Positions 1 through 14,925 of a stretch of 64,000 bases of DNA are shown here, in pieces (positions within the stretch are counted from its first letter, which is position 1; each line of letters begins with the position of its first letter). Both the position numbers and the translations under genes were made by a program. This DNA is from Octopus bimaculoides. Taxonomy: Eukaryota. The stretch covers positions 51,308,296 to 51,372,295 of the forward strand of contig NC_068997.1 in the NCBI RefSeq assembly GCF_001194135.2, in the 5' to 3' direction. Under the pieces are notes generated by a model. It searched no databases. It saw only the letters and a program-made list of their open reading frames with translations, and was not told where the DNA came from.

Positions 1-160
1 TATATATATATATATATATATGCACTCGCTCACTCACACATACAGTGATAACAAAAAATAAAACATACACAAAACATATACACACACACACACACTGATA
101 ACCATACATACACTTATTTATAGTTATAAATTCATCTCACCATCTAAAACACATATGCAT

Positions 161-191
<31 letters not shown>

Positions 192-684
192 CACACAGAC
201 ATACATACAAATATACATGGATACAAACATACACACATACATATATACATACATACATACATACAGTCACATGTACTTACTCTTGTACACAAGTGGTGGT
301 ACACATTAAAATATACATAGACATGCACCCACTTGCCTGGACTTAGACGCATATTAAATTTATAATTAATAATATAAGGGCGTATTAAATCTAATATATG
401 CGCCTTTCACAGTGTCTATAAAATTAACTAAAATTTATATATTTTAACTTTATTTTTCTTAATGTATCTGTCCATATGTCATAGCAAAGTCACCCGTTTA
501 TGGATGAAGTCTAGCAGTATGACAGTCTATATAGGTTGTTGGTTTGAGTGGGTACACAGCGTGTAGGGTGTAGATAGGGGTATACATGTATAAAAGTGTG
601 TGGGGTGAGTTTAGAATGACTACATGGTGCGTTTAATTTTACATTAAAATTATAATACTCCAGACTATTAACTTTGGCTTTAGA

Positions 685-723
<39 letters not shown>

Positions 724-842
724 CTTGTATTCTTTTACTAGTGTCAGCTCAAGCACTGTGGCCATGCTGGTGCATTGCTGTTATATATATAAAATTTAGA
801 GCTTGTGTATATGTCTGTGTAGATTATATATATATAATCCTT

Positions 843-923
<81 letters not shown>

Positions 924-1081
924 TCATCTTTGATGAAGATGAGAACCAATATCCATGTGGCAGGCTTGATAATTGCTGAGAATTTCTTTGCATGAAACCA
1001 GTGGTAGCCTTGTTTGCCAACAAAGGAAGAATATTTATATACGAAGTGGTGCTGAGCACTCATTCTCACTGTTCAACATTA

Positions 1082-1113
<32 letters not shown>

Positions 1114-1156
1114 CGGTGTGTCTGTGTTTGTCCCCCTGNNNNNNNNNNNNNNNNNN

Positions 1157-1201
<45 letters not shown>

Positions 1202-1359
1202 TCATCTTTGATGAAGATGAGAACCAATATCCATGTGGCAGGCTTGATAATTGCTGAGAATTTCTTTGCATGAAACCAGTGGTAGCCTTGTTTGCCAACA
1301 AAGGAAGAATATTTATATACGAAGTGGTGCTGAGCACTCATTCTCACTGTTCAACATTA

Positions 1360-1379
<20 letters not shown>

Positions 1380-1391
<12 letters not shown>

Positions 1392-1610
1392 CGGTGTGTC
1401 TGTGTTTGTCCCCCTGCTACCATCGCTTGACAACCAATGCTGGTATGTTTACATCCCTGTCACTTAGCGGTTCGGCAAAAGACACCAATCAAATAAGTAC
1501 GAGGCTTGCAAAGAATAAGTCCTGGGGTCGATTTGTTCGACTAAAGGCGGTGCTCCAGCATGGCCGCAGTCAAATGACTGAAACAAGTAAAAGAATAAAA
1601 GAATTAGGAT
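1380..1610 (+). mobile_element. SINE family A, 3' half
   Basis: gtttgtccccc...cgcttgacaacc...aataagtcctggggtcgatttg...gctccagcatggccgcagtcaaatgactgaaacaagtaaaaga, the same module as 13500-13685 and other copies. Confidence 0.8.
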
Positions 1611-2103
1611 GAAGATGATTATGAAAATGATGATGATCATGGTGGTGGTGATGATGATGGATAACCTCTTAGCATTAGAGTGATGCTGACTAACTTTCTT
1701 TCACCATGGCAACAATGAGCTAATTTACTACAATGACAAGCATTTTATTTTGACACCATAGCTGTATAACCACCATTCATTACCCGTGATAACACTTTAC
1801 AAACAATTGTCTCCATCTTCTGAACACTCAATCATACATCACTCCTGACTGACCATAGCTCCGTGTTAGTTTTGTTCATCTTTCGGCTGATTTTCTATGG
1901 TATTGTGTTACATCTTCAATTTTTCTTTTAAAATCAAATAGCATGACATTTTATATGTCATCACCATCTTCATCATAATCATCATGATGTGGCAGGTGAC
2001 AATTTTCACAATTTAAAGCACACTGTCATAGTGTTATTGTTGCGCAAAGCCATTCGGACTTGAGGATATCTTAGGTGAATGTGTGTATATGAATTTGTTT
2101 GTT

Positions 2104-2176
<73 letters not shown>

Positions 2177-2493
2177 AGTTGAAATTTATAGAAAAACAAA
2201 AGACGAAGTCAGGTGTATGAACAACAAGCAGGTGTAATAGTTTGTTGCTTGGGAGGGTGAGAAAGTCTTTTACGTTTTGAGCCTATGCTCTTCAACAGAA
2301 AGGAACACGAGAAAATAAACAGAGAGAATAATATATATATATGTGTGTGTGTGTGTATATATATGTATATATGTATATATATATGCATATATATATGTGT
2401 ATGTATATATGTGTATATAATTTTGTTTGTGTGTGTGTATATATATATGCACCCAAACATATGCACTCATGTTTATGTCCGTGTGAATATATG

Positions 2494-2533
<40 letters not shown>

Positions 2534-3886
2534 TACAAATATATGCACACACTCACATATGTACTTTTTTGTGCATATCATCATCATTACCATCATGATA
2601 TTACACACACTTTCCAAACTGATGGGCATTGGATGGCTCATCACAGCACCAATCCTTATTTACAGTAGCTGTGCTCTGGGACAAACCAATGTCATCATTT
2701 CCATCATGTATGTTTTCTTTTCAACATGGTTTCTATGACTGCTTGTCATTCCTAATGAACTACTTTACAGAGTGTACTGGCTGCATTTTATCATATTACA
2801 GTTAACAAGATAAGATAAAAAAATATCCAGAAATAAAACTACAGGGTATAACAATAGTAATTTTGTTTTTCAAAAGTTGTGCTTTATGTAATTTGAATTA
2901 CTTTATTACCAACACATGGTCTAAAACACATCATCTGGTTTAATATGCCTTTTAGCCTAAGTATAAATCATACATACCTAGAAGTTTCTTAGACATATTT
3001 AAAAAAAATATATCTTAATCAATTCCAAGTACCACAAATCATTTAACCAAAACACCATCAAGATCAGTTATAACTGTACAAACATATCAGCATCATAATA
3101 TGTTTTGAATTATCTGAAGAATAAAGCACCTAAGAAATTGAGTGTAACTGCATGAATAAATAGATATACTCCCACATGCTAATGGTAAATGATTGATGAA
3201 AGCAATTATGTTACTAAACAAAGGTAAAATTTCAAGGATACAAAAATGTATATAAGTATGAATGAAAGTAGTTTTAAAAAATGTCTTTTCAACACTAAAT
3301 CTACATTCAGAAATGACGCAAAGAAGAATGACACTGTCTTATCCAGGTATGGGGACATAAAAGATAGTTGTGGGAACATGAAAGAATGTTGAGTTGACTC
3401 TTTTGATATATGTTTCTCACTCATTGAAAATAGCACATCCTACATCACATGAACAAAGTAATGCTAACTTTGTATTACAGAGAAACACCATATATATATA
3501 TAAAAAAAGACAAACAGGCAATCAAACAAATATATTTTAAACAGGAAGTGATAATATATAACTGCCATCATATAAATGAATTTCATAGTGAACTAGAACC
3601 TGAATGATCAATTGGATATAAACAAGAAAAGTAACAACACATTTAAAGTGAGCTGCCTTGCATCATTGAACACCAGCGATAATTCTCTTCACATATAAAT
3701 ACTTTCATTGTTGGTATACTCTCTGATGTTTGTCATTCCAACAAAAAATTTGAAGCAACAGGAAAGTAGTCAACATTCCCAATTTCATATATATATATAG
3801 ATACATACATATATATATATATATATGTACTCACAGACAGGGATATATATATCTAATACATATTGACTCACAGACACTAGTATATA

Positions 3887-3934
<48 letters not shown>

Positions 3935-4564
3935 GTTGTGTGTGTATACACACAGGCATACTAATATACTAATGTACAAAATTATACATACATAAATATA
4001 TAATGTAAATGGGTGTGTATGTGTTGGTGTGCTGAATACAGTTGTTGAATAAATAAATAGCAGAGGTGTCCACATTAGCTGGTGTATAGAACATAGCATT
4101 CGAATATTAGATTAGACTCTGAGACAGACTCGGCTCACATCATGTCAGTGATTCTGTGACACCCTCTAAGACAGAGATTATCTACAACAGAGATAATCTA
4201 ACAACATTGTTGCTGCCCTCTTATAATTTACTGTCAAAACTAATTACACACAATTACAAAATGGCACCTCTCTCTCTCTCTCTTTTCTTCCTCTCTTTTT
4301 TCCTTTTCTCTTTCCTCTATTCTTCTCTCTGTTTCATCTTTTCATCTCTCATATCTTCATTCTTTTACTTTGTTACAATCATTGCTTTCTTCTTCTTCTT
4401 CTTCTTCTTCAGAATGTATTTGCATAATATGATTCTGCTAGCAATGTGTTTGCCCATTATTATCATTGGTTGACCAAGGAAAATATGGAGGGGACAGGTG
4501 GAGGAGGAGATTGGGGGGATTGGCTTGAGGAGGGAGGACACCCAAAACCTGGGTGCATACATAC

Positions 4565-4618
<54 letters not shown>

Positions 4619-5060
4619 NNNNNNNNNNNNNNNNNNNNNNNNNNNNNNNNNNNNNNNNNNNNNNNNNNNNNNNNNNNNNNNNNNNNNNNNNNNNNNNNNN
4701 NNNNNNNNNNNNNNNNNNNNNNNNNNNNNNNNNNNNNNNNNNNNNNNNNNNNNNNNNNNNNNNNNNNNNNNNNNNNNNNNNNNNNNNNNNNNNNNNNNNN
4801 NNNNNNNNNNNNNNNNNNNNNNNNNNNNNNNNNNNNNNNNNNNNNNNNNNNNNNNNNNNNNNNNNNNNNNNNNNNNNNNNNNNNNNNNNNNNNNNNNNNN
4901 NNNNNNNNNNNNNNNNNNNNNNNNNNNNNNNNNNNNNNNNNNNNNNNNNNNNNNNNNNNNNNNNNNNNNNNNNNNNNNNNNNNNNNNNNNNNNNNNNNNN
5001 NNNNNNNNTGAATTACAGGTACGATACACACATGCACACACACATATATAATTACATTTA

Positions 5061-5127
<67 letters not shown>

Positions 5128-5384
5128 TCACATGTGCGCACATATATATATGAGTGTGTGTGTATGTGTGAAAGTTTATATGCACAAAAGAAGGAAATGA
5201 GCACCCAGTACAAGATAGAGAGTATATCTTTATTGGAAAACTGTCAAAGAATTCATTCCATCATTACAAAGAGTTTCATAATGTCTCGCATGTGAGCTTT
5301 GAGACAATAGACATATGTGAATATATACACACATACATATACACATATATATATATACTGCTCACTATTATATTAATATATACA

Positions 5385-5424
<40 letters not shown>

Positions 5425-5600
5425 GAAAGCTTCAAAAATTCTTAATACTTTTAGAGTTGAAGAATACAGATGATGCTATATACATGCATTTCTGCATGTG
5501 CATGTGTGTATGCACACATGCATACATGTCATCGTCATCATTATCCTTGTCACCATCATCAAATGCCCATGTTTCATGCTGCCATATAAATACATGTATA

Positions 5601-5649
<49 letters not shown>

Positions 5650-6235
5650 CTGCGAGTGTTATGTTGTATTTTTTACATTGCTTGGTTCAAACGTGTGAGA
5701 TGGATTTCAAATTTTGTACTCGCTACATCTGACAAATTTATGTTTTGTCGTTTTATATTCAAAAGATTACACAAAGATTCTTTCAAATGAAAAGAGTTTT
5801 TTTTTCAAATATATGCCTATGTGCATTTATATACATATATCTGTTTATGTATATGCATTCATATACATATGTATGTATGTATATATATATATATATACAT
5901 GCANNNNNNNNNNNNNNNNNNNNNNNNNNNNNNNNNNNNNNNNNNNNNNNNNNNNNNNNNNNNNNNNNNNNNNNNNNNNNNNNNNNNNNNNNNNNNNNNN
6001 NNNNNNNNNNNNNNNNNNNNNNNNNNNNNNNNNNNNNNNNNNNNNNNNNNNNNNNNNNNNNNNNNNNNNNNNNNNNNNNNNNNNNNNNNNNNNNNNNNNN
6101 NNNNNNNNNNNNNNNNNNNNNNNNNNNNNNNNNNNNNNNNNNNNNNNNNNNNNNNNNNNNNNNNNNNNNNNNNNNNNNNNNNNNNNNNNNNNNNNNNNNN
6201 NNNNNNNNNNNNNNNNNNNNNNNNNNNNNNNNNNN

Positions 6236-6288
<53 letters not shown>

Positions 6289-7148
6289 TACATACATATA
6301 TGCCTGTATATATATATATACGTGTATATATATGTATATATATATGTATATATATGTATATATATGTATATACACATATATATACATACATTCATACATA
6401 CATATATACACACACTTGCATATATGCACTCATGTATCTGCTGCACATGCATTCGGCATAATTTTGAATCTTCTAACATTACAACATTCCAACACTCTGT
6501 CTCTGAACACGTATGCGTTTGTATATATACAAACGTGTGCACGCTGTGAGCAAAAGTGTACATTTGTACCTATGCGCATATATCAATATGCATATCCATA
6601 CGCATGTATGTCTGTCTGTGTGTCCACCACAAGTCTTTATGTATTTATCCCCCAAAAATATTGCTATCACCAATAGAGAAAGGCATGGAAATCTAAAGCA
6701 GTGTTTCTGAGTAATGTTTGATAGATCTTTCTCTGTATTGTGGTGCCATTGTGCCGTTGTATCTTTTCTGTGTAGTTTACTTGCTGATGAGGATGAAGAT
6801 GAGGACGCTCTGGCAGACCTTTGAGGTTTGCTGTTACTTCTGTGAAGCTGCATATTTCGTTTTTATTGGTGTTTCTTTTAAATTTTTTGTCAGAAGTTCT
6901 AAACCTGAGAAATTGCTCCTTCATCACATGACATGTAAAATATATATACATGCATACATACATACATACATGTATGCATGCATGAACACGAACTCATTAT
7001 CACACACATTTACATACATGCATGCATGGACACTGACTAATATGCACACACACACACACGCATACATACATACATACATGTGTACATACATCATGCACAC
7101 ATACATACATACATCTATGCATGCATGCACACAAACTCATATATGCAC

Positions 7149-7191
<43 letters not shown>

Positions 7192-7194
7192 CAT

Positions 7195-7412
7195 TCATCA
7201 TCATCGTCGTTTAATGTCTGCTTTCCATGCTAGCATGGATTGGACAGTTTGACTAAGAACTGGCCATCGAGGAGGCTGCATCACGCTCCAATCTGATCTC
7301 GCAAGGTTTCTGCAGCTGGATGCCCTTCCTCATGCCAACCACTCTGAGAGTGTAGTAGGTGCTTTGCACATGCCACCTGCATGAGGGCTAGTCAGGTGGC
7401 ACTGGCATCGAC
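7195..7412 (-). mobile_element. (GAT)n-tailed retroposon, 5'-truncated
   Basis: Reverse complement of the ...ggaagggcatccagctg...ccaacccatgctagcatggaaagc...ttaaacgatgatgat tail shared with 15788-16226 and 61810-62302. Confidence 0.75.
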
Positions 7413-7475
7413 CACAAACATACATACATAAATACATACATACATGCATGGACACATGCATATATATGCAGACAC

Positions 7476-7479
<4 letters not shown>

Positions 7480-7509
<30 letters not shown>

Positions 7510-7690
7510 CAACATCGAAAATTACCTTAGGAATGAGAACCCAGGTTCGAAATTTCCCCAAGACACCTGATGATGGCTGGAGGGTATATCAGCTGAAACA
7601 TTGTCTTAACAACAAACAAGATGAGGACAAATATCTGTCAAATGTAAATAATGTACATAATTCCTCATCTCTTAAATATAGAACTGTATC
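7480..7690 (+). mobile_element. (AAT)n + hammerhead module (Penelope-like pLTR-derived), no tRNA head
   Basis: (aat)n-aacaacatcgaaaattaccttaggaatgagaacccaggttcgaaatttccccaagacacctgatga...tcctcatctcttaaatatagaactg. Confidence 0.8.
7562..7607 (+). ncRNA. Minimal type I hammerhead ribozyme motif, decayed
   Basis: GACAC CTGATGA t GGCTG-loop-CAGCT GAAA CATT GTCTT; stem III altered by CpG decay (CG>CA). Confidence 0.5.
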
Positions 7691-8301
7691 TCAAGATGTT
7701 TTATGGCTTATGTTGCCTCAAAGCAAAGTTTAAAACATTTAATAAAGTAATCAAAAGTTTACTTTATACCAACGATAGAAATTTTGTTGAACTTTCAGAA
7801 AACATCAAACAAATTTAGAGTAATTTTTTTTTAGGTACTTGCACCATAAAGGAACTGTAGGTAGGTTTGTCTGAAATAAAACTGAGGTATGCACCTACCT
7901 CAGGGAGTCCTTACTGTGGTTTGTCAGTATTTGTATGGGTAAGAACTTGCTTACCATCAACCAGTTCAGTTATTTTGGTTATACACTTTTGTTATTTGCT
8001 TCTTTGACAGAAAATCGGTGAAGAGTGGAGACAGTCCATGTGAGTTTTTATAAGTTGGAAGCAAAAGAGTGCCTACAAAGAGATGTACATGAAATCATTA
8101 AGTTAAACATTTATGGGACAGGAGGCATGGCAAAACTGCTTTATATGAGGGGAACAATAGACTGGCCACCAGAGAAATGTGAGATTGGTTGAATATTTGC
8201 AACAGAAATTGTCTGAGATGGTTGTTATGTAGGAATATATCTGGGAAGAGTGTGACTTTTGGTAAGGAAACACTTCAGTGCTCTGAGAGTGAGCTTTGAG
8301 A

Positions 8302-8343
<42 letters not shown>

Positions 8344-8353
8344 NNNNNNNNNN

Positions 8354-8394
<41 letters not shown>

Positions 8395-8462
8395 GTATGT
8401 TATGTATATTATGTTATGTGCGCATGCACATACAAACACACATATACACTCATATATGCATG

Positions 8463-8514
<52 letters not shown>

Positions 8515-8691
8515 TAGAAATAAATGCACATATATACATATATATACATAGAAAAAGAAAATATATACATACATACATACATACATATACATATGATGTC
8601 TGTGTGTATTCATATGAATGTATATATTTATAAATATCCATATATATTTCTCTACATACATACGAGTGCCCTTCTCCCCCCCCCTCTCTCA

Positions 8692-8728
<37 letters not shown>

Positions 8729-9479
8729 CTTACTTGGAAATGGATGCATGGCGTTCAATCAAATAATAATATAAATAATATATATATACGCATATATATA
8801 TATTATCTATATTATATATATATGCATACATGCACAAATGCATGTAAATACATTCATTTATACATACATATACATATATACATATATATGTATATATATG
8901 TATGTATGTATTTGCATATGTCTTTGCATGTATCTATCTATATATATATATATATATATACATTTTCGTTCAGAATCTTGTGAATCACTTCAGCTTCTAC
9001 TTAAGATTTCTCACCTTGTGCAATAATCTTTCAATACTTTTTCTTCTGTTTGTTCCCCTCCACCACCACCACCACTCACTCACTCCCTTCATTGCAATTA
9101 TTGTTATCCAGACCAGCTTGAGTGCATATACATATCTACTACCATCCATAAGTCAATGGCTTTTATATCTCACCTGTCTTTTTATAACCATTCAGGTGTG
9201 CCTGGCTTTCCTCCTCAATTAATGTTGGTTAACGAAGTTGTTTCCTACTTACCTCCTTTACTCCTCCTTCACCTGTATTAACCTGTATTCTCTCTCACTT
9301 CAAAATATCTATCTCTCTGTCTCTCCTTCTACTTATGTGTGTCATGTAGCATATCTATATCTCCATATCCATCACTCTGTTCATCCCACTGTCTCTTATT
9401 ATCCATCCATCCTTCTGTATCTATTTATCTATCTATATCTTTCCAGCAGTCTCTCTTTCAATCTATTTACCTCTCTCAG

Positions 9480-9527
9480 TTTATCTACCTGTTTTTCTGC
9501 TTATGTATTTATAAGTCTACCTACCTA

Positions 9528-9625
<98 letters not shown>

Positions 9626-10090
9626 CCTACCTATCTATCTATCCATCCATCCATCCATCCATCTCTCTGTTTGTCTGTCAGTCTGCCTACCTGTCTGCTT
9701 ACCTGCCTGTCTGTCTGTTTGTCCATGTACTCATCACTGACTATTTGTGTGCCTCCTTGTCCATCTATTTTCACTGTCTGTCTGTATCGAAATCTCTCTG
9801 CCTGTCTGTCTCCTTGTCTGTCTGTCTCCCTGTCCAAATCTGTCTGTCTGTCTGTCTGTCTATCCAGCCATCTCTCTATCCCTCCATCCTTCAATGTATC
9901 TGTCTGTCTGTCAGTCTATTTATGTCTGTCTATCTGGCTTTCTGCTTTTATAATATCTATGTATATATATATATGCATTTATCTATCCATTGATGACAGA
10001 ATTTATATCTGTCTGTGTCTGCCTGTATATCTGCCCACCTGTCTCTCAAATTATGTCTACCTGTCTGTCTGTCTGTCTGTCTTTCTGTCT
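9480..10090. repeat. (CTAT)n/(CCAT)n/(CTGT)n compound tetranucleotide tract
   Basis: Direct inspection; source of the LSIY and LSVC pseudo-ORFs. Confidence 0.9.
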
Positions 10091-10399
10091 ATAACCCACC
10101 CTCCTACGACCCATTCCCTTTTTCAACCTTCATGATTTTTTTCATCTCATTACATACATGCTCACATACACACATACACTCTGGCATAACTACCTACCTA
10201 CATACATACATACATACATAAATGCGCACATACATAGGTAAGCAGACATGTACATGCACAGAAGCATACAAACATACATTTGTAAATACACATACACACA
10301 CACACAAATACATGCATACTATATATATATATATAATACATGCACATATATGCATATACACGTATGCACATAGAAGTGTACATACATAAATACTTACAT

Positions 10400-10436
<37 letters not shown>

Positions 10437-10721
10437 CTCTCAGAAATACATGTATACTTATACATACACAGGCACACACACATATTTATATATGATCCAT
10501 ACGCATATATGCACGCACACATACACACACACACTCACAAATACATACATATATATATGAATTTATGCATTTACATATACACACACACACCTGCATTCAG
10601 AAGTATATATCCATATAGACACACACACACTCACACACACACACACACACACATTCACTCCCACTCTCACATACACACTTGCCAATAATATGTAATACAT
10701 GGATAATGTGCATGTTACATA

Positions 10722-10766
<45 letters not shown>

Positions 10767-11308
10767 TACATGTATGCAGACATACATACAAATGCATACA
10801 TATACACACACGTATACACACATTCAAACTTACTCATACACATACATGCACACGCTTACGCACACACACAGTCACTCACACACAGACACAGACTCATTCA
10901 CACACACACACACACACACACTCAAAGTTGCACACACACACACAGAGGCAATCACTCACACACAGTCACACACTCTCATATGCACATTAGCAAAATACAT
11001 ACATAATACATACATACATAATACATACATACATATATAAATATACATGTATAGCTAAGTATGCAGACACACACACACGTACAGAAGCATACATACATAA
11101 AAACACACTTACACACACACACATACACACATGCCTACACACAGACGCTCTCTTTCCATTCATGCTATAGCTGATGCATAAGGGTGCTTGTATGGAAGAT
11201 GGTTCCATAGAAGACATGTGAAAGAGCTTAGCCGAATTCTGTCTTTCTCTGCCAATGTCATACTGACACCAAGAATTAACCTAGTGTCTGCCTAATTCTA
11301 AACATAGA

Positions 11309-11345
<37 letters not shown>

Positions 11346-12237
11346 CTCTCTACTATTGCAAAGACGTTTTCCATTCAATAGAAGCAAGAATTACAGGTCA
11401 CAAAATGTTCTTTTCGTTTCTGTTTTATTTATTTATGTTATTTATTTATTTTTTCAACAAATCTACAAATTAAATAAAACGGGGGAAATATAACAAGAAG
11501 ATGTGCGTACATGCGCTTGTGTGTGTGTGTGTATGTGTGTGTCTGTCTGTGTGTGCATGTTTGTATGTATGTATGTGTGTATGTATATATATATATCTAT
11601 GTATCTGTGTATGTGTATAAATATGTAGGTTTATATAAGTACATATTTATATATATTTATAAACACATATACACTCATATGTATATANNNNNNNNNNNNN
11701 NNNNNNNNNNNNNNNNNNNNNNNNNNNNNNNNNNNNNNNNNNNNNNNNNNNNNNNNNNNNNNNNNNNNNNNNNNNNNNNNNNNNNNNNNNNNNNNNNNNN
11801 NNNNNNNNNNNNNNNNNNNNNNNNNNNNNNNNNNNNNNNNNNNNNNNNNNNNNNNNNNNNNNNNNNNNNNNNNNNNNNNNNNNNNNNNNNNNNNNNNNNN
11901 NNNNNNNNNNNNNNNNNNNNNNNNNNNNNNNNNNNNNNNNNNNNNNNNNNNNNNNNNNNNNNNNNNNNNNNNNNNNNNNNNNNNNNNNNNNNNNNNNNNN
12001 NNNNNNNNNNNNNNNNNNNNNNNNNNNNNNNNNNNNNNNNNNNNNNNNNNNNNNNNNNNNNNNNNNNNNNNNNNNNNNNNNNNNNNNNNNNNNNNNNNNN
12101 NNNNNNNNNNNNNNNNNNNNNNNNNNNNNNNNNNNNNNNNNNNNNNNNNNNNNNNNNNNNNNNNNNNNNNNNNNNNNNNNNNNNNNNNNNNNTATATATA
12201 TATATACACATAATATTTGGGTGTGTTAATACTCATG

Positions 12238-12280
<43 letters not shown>

Positions 12281-12569
12281 ATAGACATATTTACACCTGT
12301 GTCTTTATGTGTAAAATGAGTATGAGAGTGAAATTGGAATTTTTTTTCCCATAAAATTATTAAATTCAAATATTGGAATTTGTCTTGATTACCATTTCTT
12401 TTCACTTTTATTTCCAAACTTTTAATCCAATTATTTGAAGAAATAACAGAAGTTGGTCTTTATCTTTTTTTTCTTTATTTATCTTACTTTTGTTTATTTA
12501 TTTCACTTTTGACTTTTCGAGATGTCTTGTATCAGACTGGTGGATTTTACTGATATACATGTATACATA

Positions 12570-12722
12570 TATATGTGGTAAGTACCTTACTTACTAACCA
12601 CATGGTTCTGGGTTCAGTCCCACTGTGTGGCACCTTGGGCAAGTGTCTTCTGCTAATAGCTTCAGGCTGACCAAAGCCTTGTGAGTGAATTTGGTAGACA
12701 GAAACTGAAAGACCGAAAGAAG
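12570..12722 (+). mobile_element. SINE family A, 5' half (tRNA-like head + CORE-like ccttgggcaagtg)
   Basis: gtggtaagt...aaccacatggttctgggttcagtccc...ggcaccttgggcaagtgtcttc...ggtagacagaaactgaaaga. Confidence 0.8.
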
Positions 12723-12724
12723 CC

Positions 12725-13070
12725 ACTGATGATGATGATGGTGATAGTGGTGGTGATGATAGTGATGATGCTGATGATGGTGATGATGCAGGTGGTGGTA
12801 ATGATGATAATGATGGTGTGATGATGGTGGTGGTGGTGGTGGTGGTGGTGGTGATGATAGTGATGTTGATGCTGGTGATGATGGGGGTGGTGGTGGTAAT
12901 GAGGATAATGATGGTGATGATCATAATGGTTGTGATGATGGCGATGATGATGGTGATATGATAGTGGTGATGACGGTGATGATAATGATGATGATAGTGG
13001 TGACGGTGATGGTGTGGTGATGATAATGATAATAGTGATGATGATGATGATGTTGGTGATGATAACGATT
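12725..13070. repeat. (GAT/GGT)n compound triplet repeat
   Basis: Direct inspection. Confidence 0.9.
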
Positions 13071-13321
13071 GTTGTTATTCTTTATTCTTTCAACTCAGGA
13101 TTTGTCGGAACTCCTGGAGTCTTGCACAAGTAGCAAGACTGTCCCCTGTCCCTCACAGTACCCTGCTATTTGTTTTCTTCGACTATCTTATTATTGTCTG
13201 ATTACGAAAATTATCCTGATTGCAAAATATTTACTAATCATAAAATCTATCTCATTTACAAGACAGTAATTATAAGAAACGTCCCAATTAAAAACTATAT
13301 ACGTTAACTAAAAACATACTA

Positions 13322-13685
13322 ATTCTCAATGTGTATTAAGAAGTTTGTTTCCGAACCACAAGGTTCTGGGTTCAGTCCCACTGCATGCCACCTTGAGAAA
13401 GTGGCTTCTACTATAACCTTGGGCTGATCAAAGCCTTGTGAGTGGATTCGGTAGACGGAAACTGAAAGAAGCCTGTTGTGTCTGTGAGTGTGTGTGTGTT
13501 TGTGTATGTATTTGTTCCTCAACACCGCTTGACAACCGGTAGGTGTTGGTTTGTTTACGTCACTGTAACTTTGCGGTTCAGTGATAGAAATTGATAGAAT
13601 AAGTATGAAAAATGCTTCGAGAAGGTGCTCCAGCATGGCCACAGTGTCATGACTGAAACAAGTAAAAGATAATAGATAAAAGATG
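13322..13685 (+). mobile_element. SINE family A, near full length
   Basis: 5' half, (GT)n spacer and 3' half ending gactgaaacaagtaaaagat. Confidence 0.8.
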
Positions 13686-13699
13686 CATCTTAATTGCAA

Positions 13700-14925
13700 A
13701 GGAAGTACATTTTAATTAAAAACATCCTAATTACAAATTATACTAATTGCAAACAATATACAAATTACAAAATATCTACTAATTACAAACAGATACTAAT
13801 TAAAAAAATATACATGAATTATAAAATATGTAATTATAATTTTCAGCCTAATTAATAAATATATACTAATTACAAAACATGTTCTAGTTACAAAGTAAAA
13901 TTTAATTACCAAATATATCCTAATTATAAACGATGTCCTGATGACTAATGATGAACATATTACAAGATACACTAATTAAGGAAAATATGATAAATATAAA
14001 AGACATTCTAATTGTGATAGATACGAGTTACAAAACCTATACTAATTATATAAGATATACTAATTAGATATATTCTAAGATATACTAATTAGAAAAACCT
14101 ATAATAATTTTATAAGATATGCTAATTAGGAAAAGATGCTAAATATAAGATACACTAATTATAATATAAATATACTAATTATGAAAATAGTACTTACTAT
14201 AACGGATCAGCTAATTATCAAGGATGTGCTAATTATGAATTTTATACTGACTACAGAAAATATTCTGATTATAAAAGATACACTAATTAGAAAAGACATA
14301 CTAATTGCAAAAGCTATGTTAATTACAAAAGATATAGTAATTACATAAAGTGTAGTAATTAGAAAAAGATGTTAATTGTAAAAGCTATACCAATTACAAA
14401 ACATAACTAATTTCCAAAGATTTACTAATTACAAAAGACACACTAATTAAAATAGATATATTAATTACAAATATAGTACCTACCACAAAAGATAAGCTAA
14501 TTACAAAAGATGTACTAATTATGAATGTTACACTAATTATGAAAGATACAGTGATTATAAACGATGTATTAATTATAAAAGACATGCTAATAGCAAAATA
14601 TACTAATTACAACAGCTCTGTTAATTACAAAAGATATAATTATATAAGATGTACTAATTTGAGAAAGACACTAATTACAAGATATTGCTAATTGTAAAAG
14701 ATATACTGATCACAAAAGTTATACTAATTACAATAGGTTACTAATTACAAAAGATGCTAATTATAGAAGATATTAATTATAGAAAACTAATTTTAATACA
14801 CCTATTACAAAAAATGTACTACTTATGACAGACGATCTGATAATTTAGTAAGACATGCTAATTACATTTGTTACACTAATTACAAAAGACATACTAATTA
14901 TGAATGTTATTCTAATTACAAAAGA
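13700..14925. repeat. Degenerate ~19-21 bp satellite with core ACTAATTA
   Basis: Dozens of diverged units of the type gatatactaattacaaaa over ~1.2 kb. Confidence 0.85.

Noticed and set aside
880-1416. Exact ~260-bp tandem duplication either side of a short N gap
   Set aside because: The copies are identical and meet at a gap flanked by (TA)n; this is typical of overlapping contig ends, not a biological duplication.
6479-6963. Minus-strand ORFs (MQLHRSNSKPQR..., ...RFRTSDKKFKR...)
   Set aside because: Weak acceptor and no homology. The + strand acidic terminal exon explains the segment at least as well.
13099-13135. Acceptor followed by GFVGTPGVLHK* (collagen-like)
   Set aside because: Only three Gly-X-Y triplets, an immediate stop and no good donor.
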